Of a DNA stretch of 61,191 nucleotides, positions 1 to 9,382 are shown piece by piece. How positions within the stretch are numbered: position 1 is the first letter of the stretch; every line of letters begins with the position of its first letter. The notes below the pieces were generated by a model that did no database searches, was not told the DNA's origin, and saw nothing but the letters and a program-made list of their open reading frames with translations. The position numbers and the translations under genes were made by a program. The stretch is taken from assembly GCA_964477205.1 (NCBI GenBank), contig CAYZDE010000001.1:1-61191 (forward strand), given 5' to 3'. The DNA comes from Candidatus Micrarchaeota archaeon. Lineage in GTDB: Archaea; Micrarchaeota; Micrarchaeia; Norongarragalinales; Norongarragalinaceae.

Positions 1-117
1 ATTTTTTATTAGTACATACTTATCAGTATAATCATTTTGAAGGGAATTTAGATTTTCTGAAAACCAATTTAAATCAGTTCTAAATTGTTGTATTTGCGTT
101 ATTGTAGCATTAGACAT
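1..117 (-). CDS. hypothetical protein, N-terminal fragment (gene runs off the window start)
   Basis: ATG at 115-117 (minus strand) opens a frame that stays open to position 1 (MSNATITQIQQFRTDLNWFSENLNSLQNDYTDKYVLIKN...). An AT box lies ~40 nt upstream (plus-strand gtatttttaatt, 154-165). The stretch is visibly AT-rich. Confidence 0.35.
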   Translation of the reverse strand, partial: MSNATITQIQQFRTDLNWFSENLNSLQNDYTDKYVLIKN

Positions 118-172
118 TTTCAACACTCAGCCTCACATACTCTTTTGGTTAATGTATTTTTAATTGTGTCCT

Positions 173-475
173 TCAAGGCGAGATCCTGCTTTTCCTTCTC
201 TGTGGGGGGGCGGGCTTGTTGTCGGTCTCGTCCATCGGGCCCCAATGAAAGTTGTCGTTATACTTACGCGGGTTGAAGCCTTTCACGGGCCGGGCGCGCT
301 GCCGGCTCTCGTCGGCTCGCTTCTTGAATTGCTGGTAGAGTATGAAGACGACGAGCATGGATGCGAGGGTTACTCCGAGTTCCATGGCTCCTGCAATAGA
401 GAACACTATAACGATGATTGAGGCCGCGATGATTTCAAGAATGGCGCTCTCGGAGTACGCTTCGTTAAGTGGCAC
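173..475 (-). CDS. hypothetical small membrane protein (two hydrophobic helices, basic C-terminal tail)
   Basis: 100-aa ORF with hydrophobic segments ILEIIAASIIVIVFSIAGA and LGVTLASMLVVFILY. A competing plus-strand ORF (164..421) has no comparable features. Confidence 0.4.
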   Translation of the reverse strand: MPLNEAYSESAILEIIAASIIVIVFSIAGAMELGVTLASMLVVFILYQQFKKRADESRQRARPVKGFNPRKYNDNFHWGPMDETDNKPAPPQRRKSRISP

Positions 476-657
476 GAAATTGTTTAGGCGCTCATCGGTT
501 TTAACCCTTAACGCGCTTTTTATAGTAGTGGAAGTGCCGTAATTCGCTTGAAAACGGCTTTTTGGATACCTTTTTAAAGGTTTTTATGCACTAATAGTTG
601 GTCGTGAGCTTAGCTAAGGGTATTCACTTTAGTTAAGCCGTTTTTCGGTTGGTCACC

Positions 658-885
658 ATGGGTAAGTTTAAACATTTCTTATTGCCCTCCGTCTCTCTCG
701 TTGAGGACGCTGGGAAGATTTTAAAGGAATTGAATTTGGAATCCGCCAGTAAATTCCCTAAGATTTTAGCTACGGATGCTTCCCTGGCGGAAGTTGATTG
801 TTCCCTCGGCGACGTTATTCGCGTTGAAGGGAAGAACCCGGTGACGGGTAAGGGCGAGGTTTACTACCGCGTCGTTGTGGAGTGA
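658..885 (+). CDS. rpoH: DNA-directed RNA polymerase subunit H (Rpb5-like)
   Basis: Small ORF immediately upstream of rpoB, with an Rpb5 C-terminal-like sequence (HFLLPSV...KFPKILATD...GDVIRVEGKNPVTGKGEVYYRVVV). An ATG is at 658. The ORF track begins at an alternative TTG at 649. Confidence 0.85.
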   Translation: MGKFKHFLLPSVSLVEDAGKILKELNLESASKFPKILATDASLAEVDCSLGDVIRVEGKNPVTGKGEVYYRVVVE

Positions 886-891
886 TTCTTA

Positions 892-2355
892 ATGTACCGA
901 GATTTAGCTAGGGCGTACTTGAAAAATAACGGTTTGGTTAAGGAGCAAGTCGACTCTTACAATCGATTCGTTAAGACCGGCTTGCAGGCGGTCGTCGACG
1001 CGCATAATTTAATCGAGCCGCAAGTCGAGGATTACGCTGTGAAGCTCGGGAAGATTCGAGTTGCCGAGCCGACCGTCGTCGAGGCGGACGGGTCGCGGCA
1101 CCGGTTATTGCCTATCGAGGCGCGCCAGCGTGACTTGAGTTACACCGCCCCGCTCTTCTTGGAGATGACTCCCGTCATAAAAGGCGAGGATAAGAAAACC
1201 GAGGACGTTTACATCGGCGAGCTCCCCGTGATGCTCAAGTCCGACTTGTGTTACTTGAAGAACAAGTCCGAGGACGAACTCATTACCATGGGCGAGGATC
1301 CGATGGACACCGGGGCTTACTTCATTATTAACGGGACCGAGAAGAGCTTGATGACGCTCGAGGACTTGGCTCCGAACCGCATCCTGGTTTCCAAGGACAA
1401 GGACAAGGGGTCGGTGCAGGCGAAGGTTTTCTCGACGCGCTCTGGCTTCCGCGGCCGCTGCACGATTGACCGGAAGAAGGACGGAGCAATGGGCGTTTCC
1501 ATGCCGTCGTATAACCGCTCTCTTGAAATCGTCATGATTTTGCGTGCGCTCGGGTTGTCGAGTGACGAGCGGATTCTCAACGCGTTCGCGGATGCGAAGG
1601 AAGTTAGGAATGATATTTTATTGAATTTGGAGCTGGACGAGTCCAGGAACCGCCCGACGGCAATCGCGACTATTGGAAAGCGCGCGGCTCCCGGGCAGCC
1701 CGAGGAGTATCAGTGCAAGCGCGCTGAATTATTATTAGACCGTTACTTGCTGCCGCACATCGGGGTCGAGCCCAAGGACCGCCTGGCGAAGGCGTATTAC
1801 TTGTGCCGCATGACCGAGCGCGCGGTGTTCGTTGCGGCTAAGAAGAGGCCGGTCGAGGATAAGGACCATTACGCTAACAAGAGGCTGAAGGTGGCGGGGC
1901 GCTTGATGGGTGAGTTGTTCCGTTACGCGTTCCAGTTCTTCGTTAAGGACGTTGCTTACCAAACCGAGCGCGCGAACGTGCGCGGCAGGAAGATGAGCTT
2001 GTTCGCTATTGTCAGGCCGGACGCTTTGAGTGACCGCTTGAAGTATTCCATGGCTACGGGTAATTGGGTCGGCGGGCACACCGGGGTTTGCCAAGTGCTC
2101 GACCGTTATAATTACATTGCGTCGATTTCGTTCATTCGGAGGGTTACCTCGCCTTTGGCGAAGAAGCACCCTCATTACAAGGCGCGTGACTTGCACGGCA
2201 CTCATTGGGGCCGATTGGACCCGAACGAGACGCCTGAAGGGCCGAATTGTGGTTTGATTCGCAATATGGCTTTGTTCTGCGAGGTTTCACCGGGCGTTGA
2301 CGAATTTAAGGTTGAACGCGAAATCAAGAAGATGGGGGTCTCGATGAACTTATGA
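892..2355 (+). CDS. rpoB2: DNA-directed RNA polymerase subunit B'' (N-terminal half of split subunit B)
   Basis: 487 aa with Rpb2 N-terminal blocks (YFIINGTEK, DHYANKRL, ISFIRRVTSPL, DLHGTHWGRLDPNETPEGPNCGL). The stop overlaps the next start by 4 nt (ATGA at 2352-2355). Confidence 0.95.
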   Translation: MYRDLARAYLKNNGLVKEQVDSYNRFVKTGLQAVVDAHNLIEPQVEDYAVKLGKIRVAEPTVVEADGSRHRLLPIEARQRDLSYTAPLFLEMTPVIKGEDKKTEDVYIGELPVMLKSDLCYLKNKSEDELITMGEDPMDTGAYFIINGTEKSLMTLEDLAPNRILVSKDKDKGSVQAKVFSTRSGFRGRCTIDRKKDGAMGVSMPSYNRSLEIVMILRALGLSSDERILNAFADAKEVRNDILLNLELDESRNRPTAIATIGKRAAPGQPEEYQCKRAELLLDRYLLPHIGVEPKDRLAKAYYLCRMTERAVFVAAKKRPVEDKDHYANKRLKVAGRLMGELFRYAFQFFVKDVAYQTERANVRGRKMSLFAIVRPDALSDRLKYSMATGNWVGGHTGVCQVLDRYNYIASISFIRRVTSPLAKKHPHYKARDLHGTHWGRLDPNETPEGPNCGLIRNMALFCEVSPGVDEFKVEREIKKMGVSMNL

Positions 2356-4172
2356 AAAAGCAAAAAGCGAGCATTTTTTTGAATGGACGATTCGTGGGCT
2401 TCCACTCTAACGGCGAGAAGTTGGCGGGCGAAGTGCGAGAGCGCCGCCGCCTCGGCGAATTGGAGTCCGGAGTGAACGTGGCGTTCTTCCGCGCGACTAA
2501 CGAGATTTTTATTAACACGGATGAGGGGCGCGCGGTTAGGCCGCTTATAGTAGTAAAAGACGGCAAGCCGATGGTCACCCCGGAGCACGTGGAGCGCGTT
2601 AAGCGCGGCGAATTACAGTGGAGTGACTTGGTTAAGAACGGTTTAATAGAGTACTTGGATTCCGAGGAGGAAGAGAACGCTTTCGTGGCATTGTATGAGG
2701 ACGCGCTTACCGAAGGAGGCCACACTCACTTGGAGTTGGACCCGACGGGCATCCTCGGCTACGCTTCAGCGCAGCTCCCTTTCCCGGAGTATAACATGGC
2801 TCCCCGCGTGCTCATGGCCGCGCAGCACACTAAGCAGAGCTTGGGTTTGTACGCGGCGAATTACAACTTGCGAACGGACACGCGGGCTCACTTGTTATTC
2901 TACCCGCAAAAGCCGTTGATTCAAAGCGCGGTTTATTCGATGATGCATAATGAGCGGCGCGCTAGCGGGCAGAACTTAGTGGTCGCCGTGTTTTCTTTTG
3001 ACGGGTTTAACACTAACGACGCAATCGTAATGAACCGCTCTGGCATAGAGCGCGCCCTTTCGAGGAGTGCTTTCTTCCGCACTTACAAGTCGGAAGAGCG
3101 CAGGTACCCCGGCGGGCAGCGCGATAAATTCGGTGTTCCCGAGGAATTCGTCCAGAATTACTTGGGGCCGGAAGCGTACGTTCACTTGGATGAGGACGGA
3201 GTCGTTGACCCGGAAACGCCCATTGGAAAGAATGAAGTGTTAGTAGGCAAGACTTCCCCGCCGCGTTTCCTCAAGGAAATCAGCGCTCTCGACGTTGAGA
3301 GTGAGAAACGCCGCGAGTCCAGCGTTACGAGCCGCTCGAACGAGACGGGCATAGTGGACGCGGTAATTCTCAGCAAGACGACGAGCGGGAACAAGAGGAT
3401 TAAGGTTCGCGTTAGGAACGTGAACGTGCCCGAGATCGGGGACAAATTCGCTTCGCGTTTCGGGCAGAAGGGAGTAATTTCTTTAGTCGTGCCGCAGCAC
3501 GAGTTGCCGTTCACCAGGGACGGCATAGTACCCGACTTAATGATTAACCCGCACGCTATCCCCGGCCGTATGACCGCCGGGCACTTGCTTGAAATGCTCG
3601 GGGCCAAAGCGGCCGCGAATGTCGGCGAGGTGAAGGACGGCGCGGCGTTCTCCGGCAGCAAGCAGGAAGAGTTCGAGGTCGAGTTAGAGAAGCGCGGATT
3701 CAGGCCCACCGGAGAGGAAGTATTATACGACCCGAAGACCGGCAGGAAGTTGCGCGCTAAAGTGTTCATAGGCGTAATTTATTACCAGAGGCTGCACCAT
3801 TTGGTCGGCTTGAAGCTGCACGCTCGCTCGCGCGGCCCGATGCAAATGCTCACGCACCAACCCACCGAAGGGCGTGCACGAGAGGGCGGCTTGCGCCTCG
3901 GGGAAATGGAGCGTGATTGTTTCATCGGCTTCGGTGCCGCTTCTCTCTTGAAGGAGCGCATGATTGACTCGAGTGACAAGACCGTCGAGCTCATTTGTGC
4001 GGATTGCGGGCGCATTGCGTTTTACGACCGCTTGAAGAACAAGCGCCGTTGCTCGTTCTGTGACTCGTCGAAGATAGATGAGGTAGAGATGAGTTACGCG
4101 TTCAAGTTGTTGTTGGATGAAATGTCCTCAATCGGGTTGTACCCCCAGTTGAATTTGAAGGATAAGGGTTGA
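2352..4172 (+). CDS. rpoB1: DNA-directed RNA polymerase subunit B' (C-terminal half of split subunit B)
   Basis: 606 aa with Rpb2 C-terminal blocks (GDKFASRFGQKG, PDLMINPHAIPGRMTAGHLLE, YYQRLHHLV..K.HARSRGP, GGLRLGEMERDC) and a C-terminal Zn ribbon (CADCG...CSFC). Confidence 0.95.
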   Translation: MKKQKASIFLNGRFVGFHSNGEKLAGEVRERRRLGELESGVNVAFFRATNEIFINTDEGRAVRPLIVVKDGKPMVTPEHVERVKRGELQWSDLVKNGLIEYLDSEEEENAFVALYEDALTEGGHTHLELDPTGILGYASAQLPFPEYNMAPRVLMAAQHTKQSLGLYAANYNLRTDTRAHLLFYPQKPLIQSAVYSMMHNERRASGQNLVVAVFSFDGFNTNDAIVMNRSGIERALSRSAFFRTYKSEERRYPGGQRDKFGVPEEFVQNYLGPEAYVHLDEDGVVDPETPIGKNEVLVGKTSPPRFLKEISALDVESEKRRESSVTSRSNETGIVDAVILSKTTSGNKRIKVRVRNVNVPEIGDKFASRFGQKGVISLVVPQHELPFTRDGIVPDLMINPHAIPGRMTAGHLLEMLGAKAAANVGEVKDGAAFSGSKQEEFEVELEKRGFRPTGEEVLYDPKTGRKLRAKVFIGVIYYQRLHHLVGLKLHARSRGPMQMLTHQPTEGRAREGGLRLGEMERDCFIGFGAASLLKERMIDSSDKTVELICADCGRIAFYDRLKNKRRCSFCDSSKIDEVEMSYAFKLLLDEMSSIGLYPQLNLKDKG

Positions 4173-4179
4173 GAATTTA

Positions 4180-4644
4180 ATGGCGAGGAAGAAAGCAAAA
4201 GAGCGCTGCCTAGGCGGCTTGCACTTGGTGCTAGCCGTGGCTTTCGGCGCGTTCGTCGTTAAGGCGGGTTTGAGTTACGCGTTCGCGTGGCTAGGCTTGC
4301 TTTCGATGCCCGTGAACTTGTTGTTCCGCGTTGAAACGGCTTACTCGCTTGCTTCTTACGCGGTTTTATTGGCTGCAGGGTATTTTGTTGCAAACCACTT
4401 CGAGCCTAAGATTCGAAAGCTCTTCCTGGCTAGCGTTTCCCTTGCCTTCGTCGTGGCGTGCTTGGACTTACTCTTGCCTGCTTTGTACTCGTTCGTCCCG
4501 TTATTCGGCGGCGCTTCCTTTGACTTGATTGTTTACTCTCAACCCTTGTTTTATGTTTCTTCGTTAGTGTCCGGCGTGGTGTGGGCTTCAATCTTCACCG
4601 TGCTCGGCGCTTTATTGAATGTTTTCGTGGTGAATAAAAAGTGA
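4180..4644 (+). CDS. hypothetical polytopic membrane protein embedded in the RNA polymerase operon
   Basis: 154-aa ORF with an ATG 8 nt after the rpoB' stop. Its stop overlaps the rpoA GTG start (GTGA at 4641-4644). It has 4-5 hydrophobic helices and no recognisable motif. Confidence 0.6.
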   Translation: MARKKAKERCLGGLHLVLAVAFGAFVVKAGLSYAFAWLGLLSMPVNLLFRVETAYSLASYAVLLAAGYFVANHFEPKIRKLFLASVSLAFVVACLDLLLPALYSFVPLFGGASFDLIVYSQPLFYVSSLVSGVVWASIFTVLGALLNVFVVNKK

Positions 4645-7600
4645 AGGCGATTGACTCCATAACGTTCTCGGTGTTTTCCCCCGAGCAAGTTCGAAAGATG
4701 AGTGCGGTGAAGGTAACCGTTGCTGATACTTACGATGAGGACGGCTACCCGATTAGTAGCGGCCTTGCGGACCAGCGTTTGGGAGTCATCGACCCGGGTT
4801 TGAAGTGCAGGACTTGCGGTAACCGAATGAAGGATTGCCCGGGTCACTCCGGCCACATTGAGCTGGCGCGCCCGGTCGTTCACGCGAGCTTCGGCAAGGC
4901 CGTTTACGCTTTGTTGAAGGCGACTTGCAGGGAGTGCGGCCGAGTGCTGAACCCTAAGTCCACGATAACCAAGGTTTCACTTGCTAAGGCTTGCCCGCAT
5001 TGCAGCGCAGAACAAATCAAGATTAAGTTCATTAAGCCAACGAGTTTTTACGAGGAAAAGCGCAAGCTCTTGCCGAACGAGGTGCGCGAGCGCCTCGAGC
5101 GCATCAGTGACGCAGACCTCAAGCATTTAGGCGTTGCCATTCGCCCGGAGAATCTAGTGCTCACGGCGCTGATAGTCGCTCCGGTTACCGTGCGCCCGTC
5201 CATTACCCTTGAAACCGGAGAGCGTTCCGAGGACGATTTGACTCACAAGCTCGTGGACATCCTCCGCATCAACCAGCGCCTTGAAGAAAACATTGACGCT
5301 GGCGCTCCGCAGTTAATCATCGAGGATTTGTGGGAGCTTTTGCAGTACCACGTTACCACTTACTTTAACAACGAGACTTCCGGCGTTCCCCCGGCTAGGC
5401 ATCGTTCGGGCCGCCAACTCAAGACGCTATTCCAGCGGTTGAAGGGCAAGGAAGGCAGGTTCAGGTATAACTTGTCCGGCAAGCGCGTTAATTACAGCGG
5501 GCGCACCGTTGTTTCTCCGGACCCGACGCTTAGCATAAACCAACTCGGCGTTCCCGAGGAGATGGCCGCGGAGTTAACGCTCCCGATTAACGTTACGGAG
5601 TGGAACAAGAAGAGCGTTTGCGAATTCATTCGCGCCAACCCGAATAAAATTAATTACGTGATTCGCTCGGACGGCCGACGCAAGAAGATCACGTCTACGA
5701 ACCTTGATGAAGTGCTCGAGGAAATCGAAGCGGGTTACCGCATCGAGCGCCAACTAACGGACGGCGATTTGGTTATCTTCAACCGCCAGCCGTCGCTCCA
5801 CAGAGTGAGCATGATGTGCCATGAAGTAAAAGTGTTGCCGGGTAAGACCCTGCGCTTTAACATTTGTGATTGCAAGCCGTACAACGCGGACTTCGACGGG
5901 GATGAAATGAACATTCACGTTCCCCAGAATGAGGAGGCTCAGAGTGAGGCGGAAATCCTCATGAAAGTGCAAAATCAAATCATATCGCCTCGCGACGGCC
6001 GTTCAATTATAGGGCTTGAACTAGATCAAATCACCGGGACTTACTTGTTGACGCAGCCCGAAACGATAATCGACAAGGCGGAAGCAATCGACTTGCTTAC
6101 CTTCTCCGGCATTGATGATGCTAAGAGCGCGCTAAAGTCAACGATTACCGGGTCCGAATTATATTCCCGGTTCCTACCCGAAGGATTATCAATGGAATTC
6201 GAGAATAAGGCGCACGAGAAGTGCGTCATTAAGAAAGGCAAGCTCGTGCAAGGCGTTATCGACGGTAACGCAGGCCGGGTATTATTAAAACAAATCTTCA
6301 TTGAGTTCGGCCCGGATGTTGCACGGGAGTACCTTGACGGGGTGAGCCGAGCTTCATGCCGCTTCATGACTACTTACGGCTTCTCGTTGAGTTTGAACGA
6401 TTACGCTTTGCCGCAAGAAGCGCTCGATGAAATCAAGGGCGTTTACGACCAAGGCATGCACGAGCTGGAGAAGCTGGTCAAGCAGCTGCGTTCCGGCCGC
6501 TTGCAACACTTACCCGGGAAGAGCCGGCGCGAGACATTTGAAGAGAAGACAATGCAGCTCCTCGAAGGGACTAGGTATCACACTTGGCAGGTAATCAAGA
6601 AGCACATTCACTTTGCGAAGGTGCCTTTCGAGAACGGCAAAATCCTTAACCATAACTCCGCAGTACTCATGGCGCAGTCCGGCGGCAAGGGCAAGTCCAT
6701 TAACGTAACGCAGATGTGTGGCATGGTCGGCCAGCAAGCCGTGCGTGGAAAGCGCCCGACCAGCGGTTACCAACGCCGCTTACTATCGCACTTCAAGCAG
6801 AACGACTTAGGAGACGAGGCCCGCGGCTTCGTGCACCACTCGTTCAAGGACGGTTTGAACCCGTTCGAGTATTTCTTCCACGCTGCAGGAGGGCGTGACA
6901 GCGTAGTCGACAAGGGTGTTAACCCAGCGAAGACTGGTTACATGCAGCGCCGCCTAGTTAACGCGTTACTGGACTTCGTTGCTTGCGAGGACGGGAGCGT
7001 TCGCGACGCGGAAGGCAATCTGATACAAGTTAATTATAATAATGGAATGCACACTGCCGGCGGCAAGCTGGCTTACGGTGAGCCGGTCGGAGTTGTTGCA
7101 GCGCAGAGCATCGGCGAGCCCGGCACACAAATGACCCTCCGCACTTTCCACTACGCGGGCGTAGCCTCTCTGGCGCAACTAGGATTCACGCGCCTCGTCG
7201 AGCTGGTCGACGCACGCAAGGTTCCTAAAAAGCCCGTCATGGAAATCCACTTGAAGAGGCAGTACCATGACTGGAATAAGGCAAAGAAAGTAGCAGCTTC
7301 CATTGAAGAGATAACCCTGGATAAGATTGCTTCAATTAACGAGGACTTCGACAAGAAAGTCGTGGTAATCGAGCTCGACAAGACCGCGCTCCGCGAGCGC
7401 TCTCTCACAGAGCACCAAGTCGTCAAGCGCATCGAGGAAGTGCATCCGCAGTACAAGCAGAACGGCAACGTGATTACCATCCGCTCTAAGAAGGACACCC
7501 TCAAGAACATCCGCAAGATGACGAACGCGCTCCGTGAACTCCACTTGAAGGGCATACCCGGAATCAACCGCGCCATCCTAATCGAGGACAAGAAGAAAAA

Positions 7601-8042
7601 AGAGATTACGATTGGAACGGACGGCTCGAACTTCGAGGAAGTCTTAAAGCTTCCGGAAGTGAACGGCGAGTTAACGGTAACGAACGACATGCAGGAAATC
7701 AACCGCGTGCTGGGTATCGACGCCGCACGCAATTCCATGATCCTCGAGATTACGAAGGTCCTTAAAGCTCAAGCAATTCCGGTTGACCCGGCGCACATTT
7801 TACTCATCGCCGACGCGATGACCGCAGTCGGCTCAATCAAGAGCGTCGGCAGGCACGGCCTCGCAGGAAACAAAGCGTCAATCATCGCGCGCGCCGCGTT
7901 CGAAGAGACGGCGAAGCACTTAGTGAACGCCTGCATTGCAAACGATTCTGACGCGCTGACCGGAATCGCCGAGAACATCATAATCGGCCAGACCATACCT
8001 TGCGGCACTGGACAAGTTAACTTAGTGATGGACACCGGCTGA
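4641..8042 (+). CDS. rpoA: DNA-directed RNA polymerase subunit A, unsplit (A' and A'' regions in one 1133-aa ORF)
   Basis: Contains the N-terminal Zn motif (CRTCGNRMKDCPGHSGHIEL), the catalytic NADFDGDEMN, a bridge-helix region (GGRDSVVDKGVNPAKTGYMQRRL) and the A''-type trigger loop (AAQSIGEPGTQMTLRTFHYAGV). All are in one continuous frame. The A'/A'' junction lies at ~7020-7090. Confidence 0.9.
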   Translation: MKAIDSITFSVFSPEQVRKMSAVKVTVADTYDEDGYPISSGLADQRLGVIDPGLKCRTCGNRMKDCPGHSGHIELARPVVHASFGKAVYALLKATCRECGRVLNPKSTITKVSLAKACPHCSAEQIKIKFIKPTSFYEEKRKLLPNEVRERLERISDADLKHLGVAIRPENLVLTALIVAPVTVRPSITLETGERSEDDLTHKLVDILRINQRLEENIDAGAPQLIIEDLWELLQYHVTTYFNNETSGVPPARHRSGRQLKTLFQRLKGKEGRFRYNLSGKRVNYSGRTVVSPDPTLSINQLGVPEEMAAELTLPINVTEWNKKSVCEFIRANPNKINYVIRSDGRRKKITSTNLDEVLEEIEAGYRIERQLTDGDLVIFNRQPSLHRVSMMCHEVKVLPGKTLRFNICDCKPYNADFDGDEMNIHVPQNEEAQSEAEILMKVQNQIISPRDGRSIIGLELDQITGTYLLTQPETIIDKAEAIDLLTFSGIDDAKSALKSTITGSELYSRFLPEGLSMEFENKAHEKCVIKKGKLVQGVIDGNAGRVLLKQIFIEFGPDVAREYLDGVSRASCRFMTTYGFSLSLNDYALPQEALDEIKGVYDQGMHELEKLVKQLRSGRLQHLPGKSRRETFEEKTMQLLEGTRYHTWQVIKKHIHFAKVPFENGKILNHNSAVLMAQSGGKGKSINVTQMCGMVGQQAVRGKRPTSGYQRRLLSHFKQNDLGDEARGFVHHSFKDGLNPFEYFFHAAGGRDSVVDKGVNPAKTGYMQRRLVNALLDFVACEDGSVRDAEGNLIQVNYNNGMHTAGGKLAYGEPVGVVAAQSIGEPGTQMTLRTFHYAGVASLAQLGFTRLVELVDARKVPKKPVMEIHLKRQYHDWNKAKKVAASIEEITLDKIASINEDFDKKVVVIELDKTALRERSLTEHQVVKRIEEVHPQYKQNGNVITIRSKKDTLKNIRKMTNALRELHLKGIPGINRAILIEDKKKKEITIGTDGSNFEEVLKLPEVNGELTVTNDMQEINRVLGIDAARNSMILEITKVLKAQAIPVDPAHILLIADAMTAVGSIKSVGRHGLAGNKASIIARAAFEETAKHLVNACIANDSDALTGIAENIIIGQTIPCGTGQVNLVMDTG

Positions 8043-8058
8043 AACCAGGGCCCGCTAA

Positions 8059-8099
8059 TTTTTTTATTTTAAAAAAAAAAGAGGGAGCGCGAGCTCCCT
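8059..8099. terminator. bidirectional terminator region between convergent rpoA and the 8121..8525 gene
   Basis: A T-run (8059-8070) follows the rpoA stop. A 7-bp hairpin (AGGGAGC-gcga-GCTCCCT, 82xx) is followed on the minus strand by a U10 run (plus-strand A-run 8071-8080). Confidence 0.55.
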
Positions 8100-8120
8100 A
8101 CTTACCTAGAAAGAGTTTTT

Positions 8121-8525
8121 TCACGCGGCCGGCTTTCCGCCTTCCTTTTCCTCTACGCGAATGCGGGGAATGTTTAACGGAGCGCCTAGGCCAATGCAGT
8201 ACGATAAGAGCGTGCCCGTGCTGGTCGCCGAGTAATTCACGGCGGTTAACGCGTCCTCCGCGAACGAGGGAATGAGCTTCTTGTTCTCCTTCCACTCCTT
8301 TAAGACTGCCTTGCGGGACGCTTCGTCCTCTTGCGCGTAAACCACGCCTTTTATGACCATTTCGGCGACTCCCGGCTCGTACTTAATCGTGTACTCGTAC
8401 TCGACTACGAGCTTGCCGCCTTCCTCGGTAACGCCTTTAACGTCCATGTTAACGCTCAAGCCCTGGGCTTGCTCTTCCTTGAGCTTCTTAGCCTGAACCG
8501 AATTCACTTTTCCTCCGATAATCAA
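8121..8525 (-). CDS. hypothetical protein
   Basis: 134-aa ORF with ordinary composition, an upstream AT box (cctttaaagggg, read on the minus strand) and a hairpin+U-run terminator. No motif recognised. Confidence 0.5.
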   Translation of the reverse strand: MIIGGKVNSVQAKKLKEEQAQGLSVNMDVKGVTEEGGKLVVEYEYTIKYEPGVAEMVIKGVVYAQEDEASRKAVLKEWKENKKLIPSFAEDALTAVNYSATSTGTLLSYCIGLGAPLNIPRIRVEEKEGGKPAA

Positions 8526-8603
8526 ATTAAACCACCTTTTGAGTGTTAGTCGGACTAAATAAGGATTATTCCCCTTTAAAGGCGTTTTGTCACTTGTTGG
8601 GAA

Positions 8604-9284
8604 TTAGATTTCAAAGCGTTCGCCCGGGCGTAGAATCACCGGCTGCGTCTTAGTATGCTCTTCAACCCGGCGCGCGAAGTCTAATGGGTCGGTTTGAATG
8701 CGCTGGAAAGTATTGTAGTGCATCGGGACTACGTATTTGGCTCGCATCTTCTTTAGCGCGCTCACCGCGCCTAGGGAATCCATTGTGAAGGTGCCTCCTA
8801 TTGGAAGGATGGCGAGGTCCGCGTCGATGTTGAGCATGTCGTAGTAATCGTAAGTGTCCCCGGCGAAGTAAATCGTTTTGCCGCCCGCCTTCAACAAGTA
8901 GCCCACGGGGTAAGTGCTTTGCGGGTGCTTAGCCGGCGTTACAGTCAAGTCGATTCCATTCAGAGAGAAAGAGTCGCCTTCGCGAACGCTCACCTTCAAC
9001 CGCGGGTTAACGTTCTTTAAGTGGCCTAGCGTGTCTTGCGGCGCCACTATGTGCGCGAAAGTGCGCCCGCTAATCATCGTGACGTCGTAAGGGTCGCAGT
9101 GGTCGAAGTGCTCGTGGCTGATTAGTATCAAGTCGAGCTTGCGTATTTTCTCTTGCGTTGCAGCCGGCGGCACCAAGCGCCGCACTTCGCGCGGCCTGGA
9201 GACGAGCCAAGGGTCCGTTAGGACTGATTTGTTGTCCCACTTCAACAAGAATGTTGAGTGCCCTAAAAAGTTTATTTCAACCAT
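8604..9284 (-). CDS. metallo-beta-lactamase-fold metal-dependent hydrolase (UPF0173-like)
   Basis: Has the HxHxDH motif (ISHEHFDHCD), and its length and layout are typical of small archaeal MBL hydrolases. Confidence 0.8.
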   Translation of the reverse strand: MVEINFLGHSTFLLKWDNKSVLTDPWLVSRPREVRRLVPPAATQEKIRKLDLILISHEHFDHCDPYDVTMISGRTFAHIVAPQDTLGHLKNVNPRLKVSVREGDSFSLNGIDLTVTPAKHPQSTYPVGYLLKAGGKTIYFAGDTYDYYDMLNIDADLAILPIGGTFTMDSLGAVSALKKMRAKYVVPMHYNTFQRIQTDPLDFARRVEEHTKTQPVILRPGERFEI

Positions 9285-9330
9285 AGTGTAATAATTATCC
9301 AGTGAAAACTGATTAATAACTCTTTATCGA

Positions 9331-9382
9331 GCAGTCCGAGCGTGGACTGCGAGAGAGGTGAACTCGCAAGTCCGCTCGATTC
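9331..9382. repeat. partial copy (outer arms X and Y) of a dispersed hairpin element
   Basis: cgtggactgcga (9341-9352) and ctcgcaagtccgctcgattc (9363-9382) recur at 32292-32303 and 32368-32387. X and Y are imperfect inverted repeats (GGACTGCGAG / CTCGCAAGTCC). An extra hairpin GCAGTCC-gagcgt-GGACTGC is also present. Confidence 0.7.

Noticed and set aside
164-421. Plus-strand 85-aa ORF competing with 173..475 (-).
   Set aside because: It has no hydrophobic or motif features and uses an alternative start. The minus-strand ORF is preferred, but only weakly.
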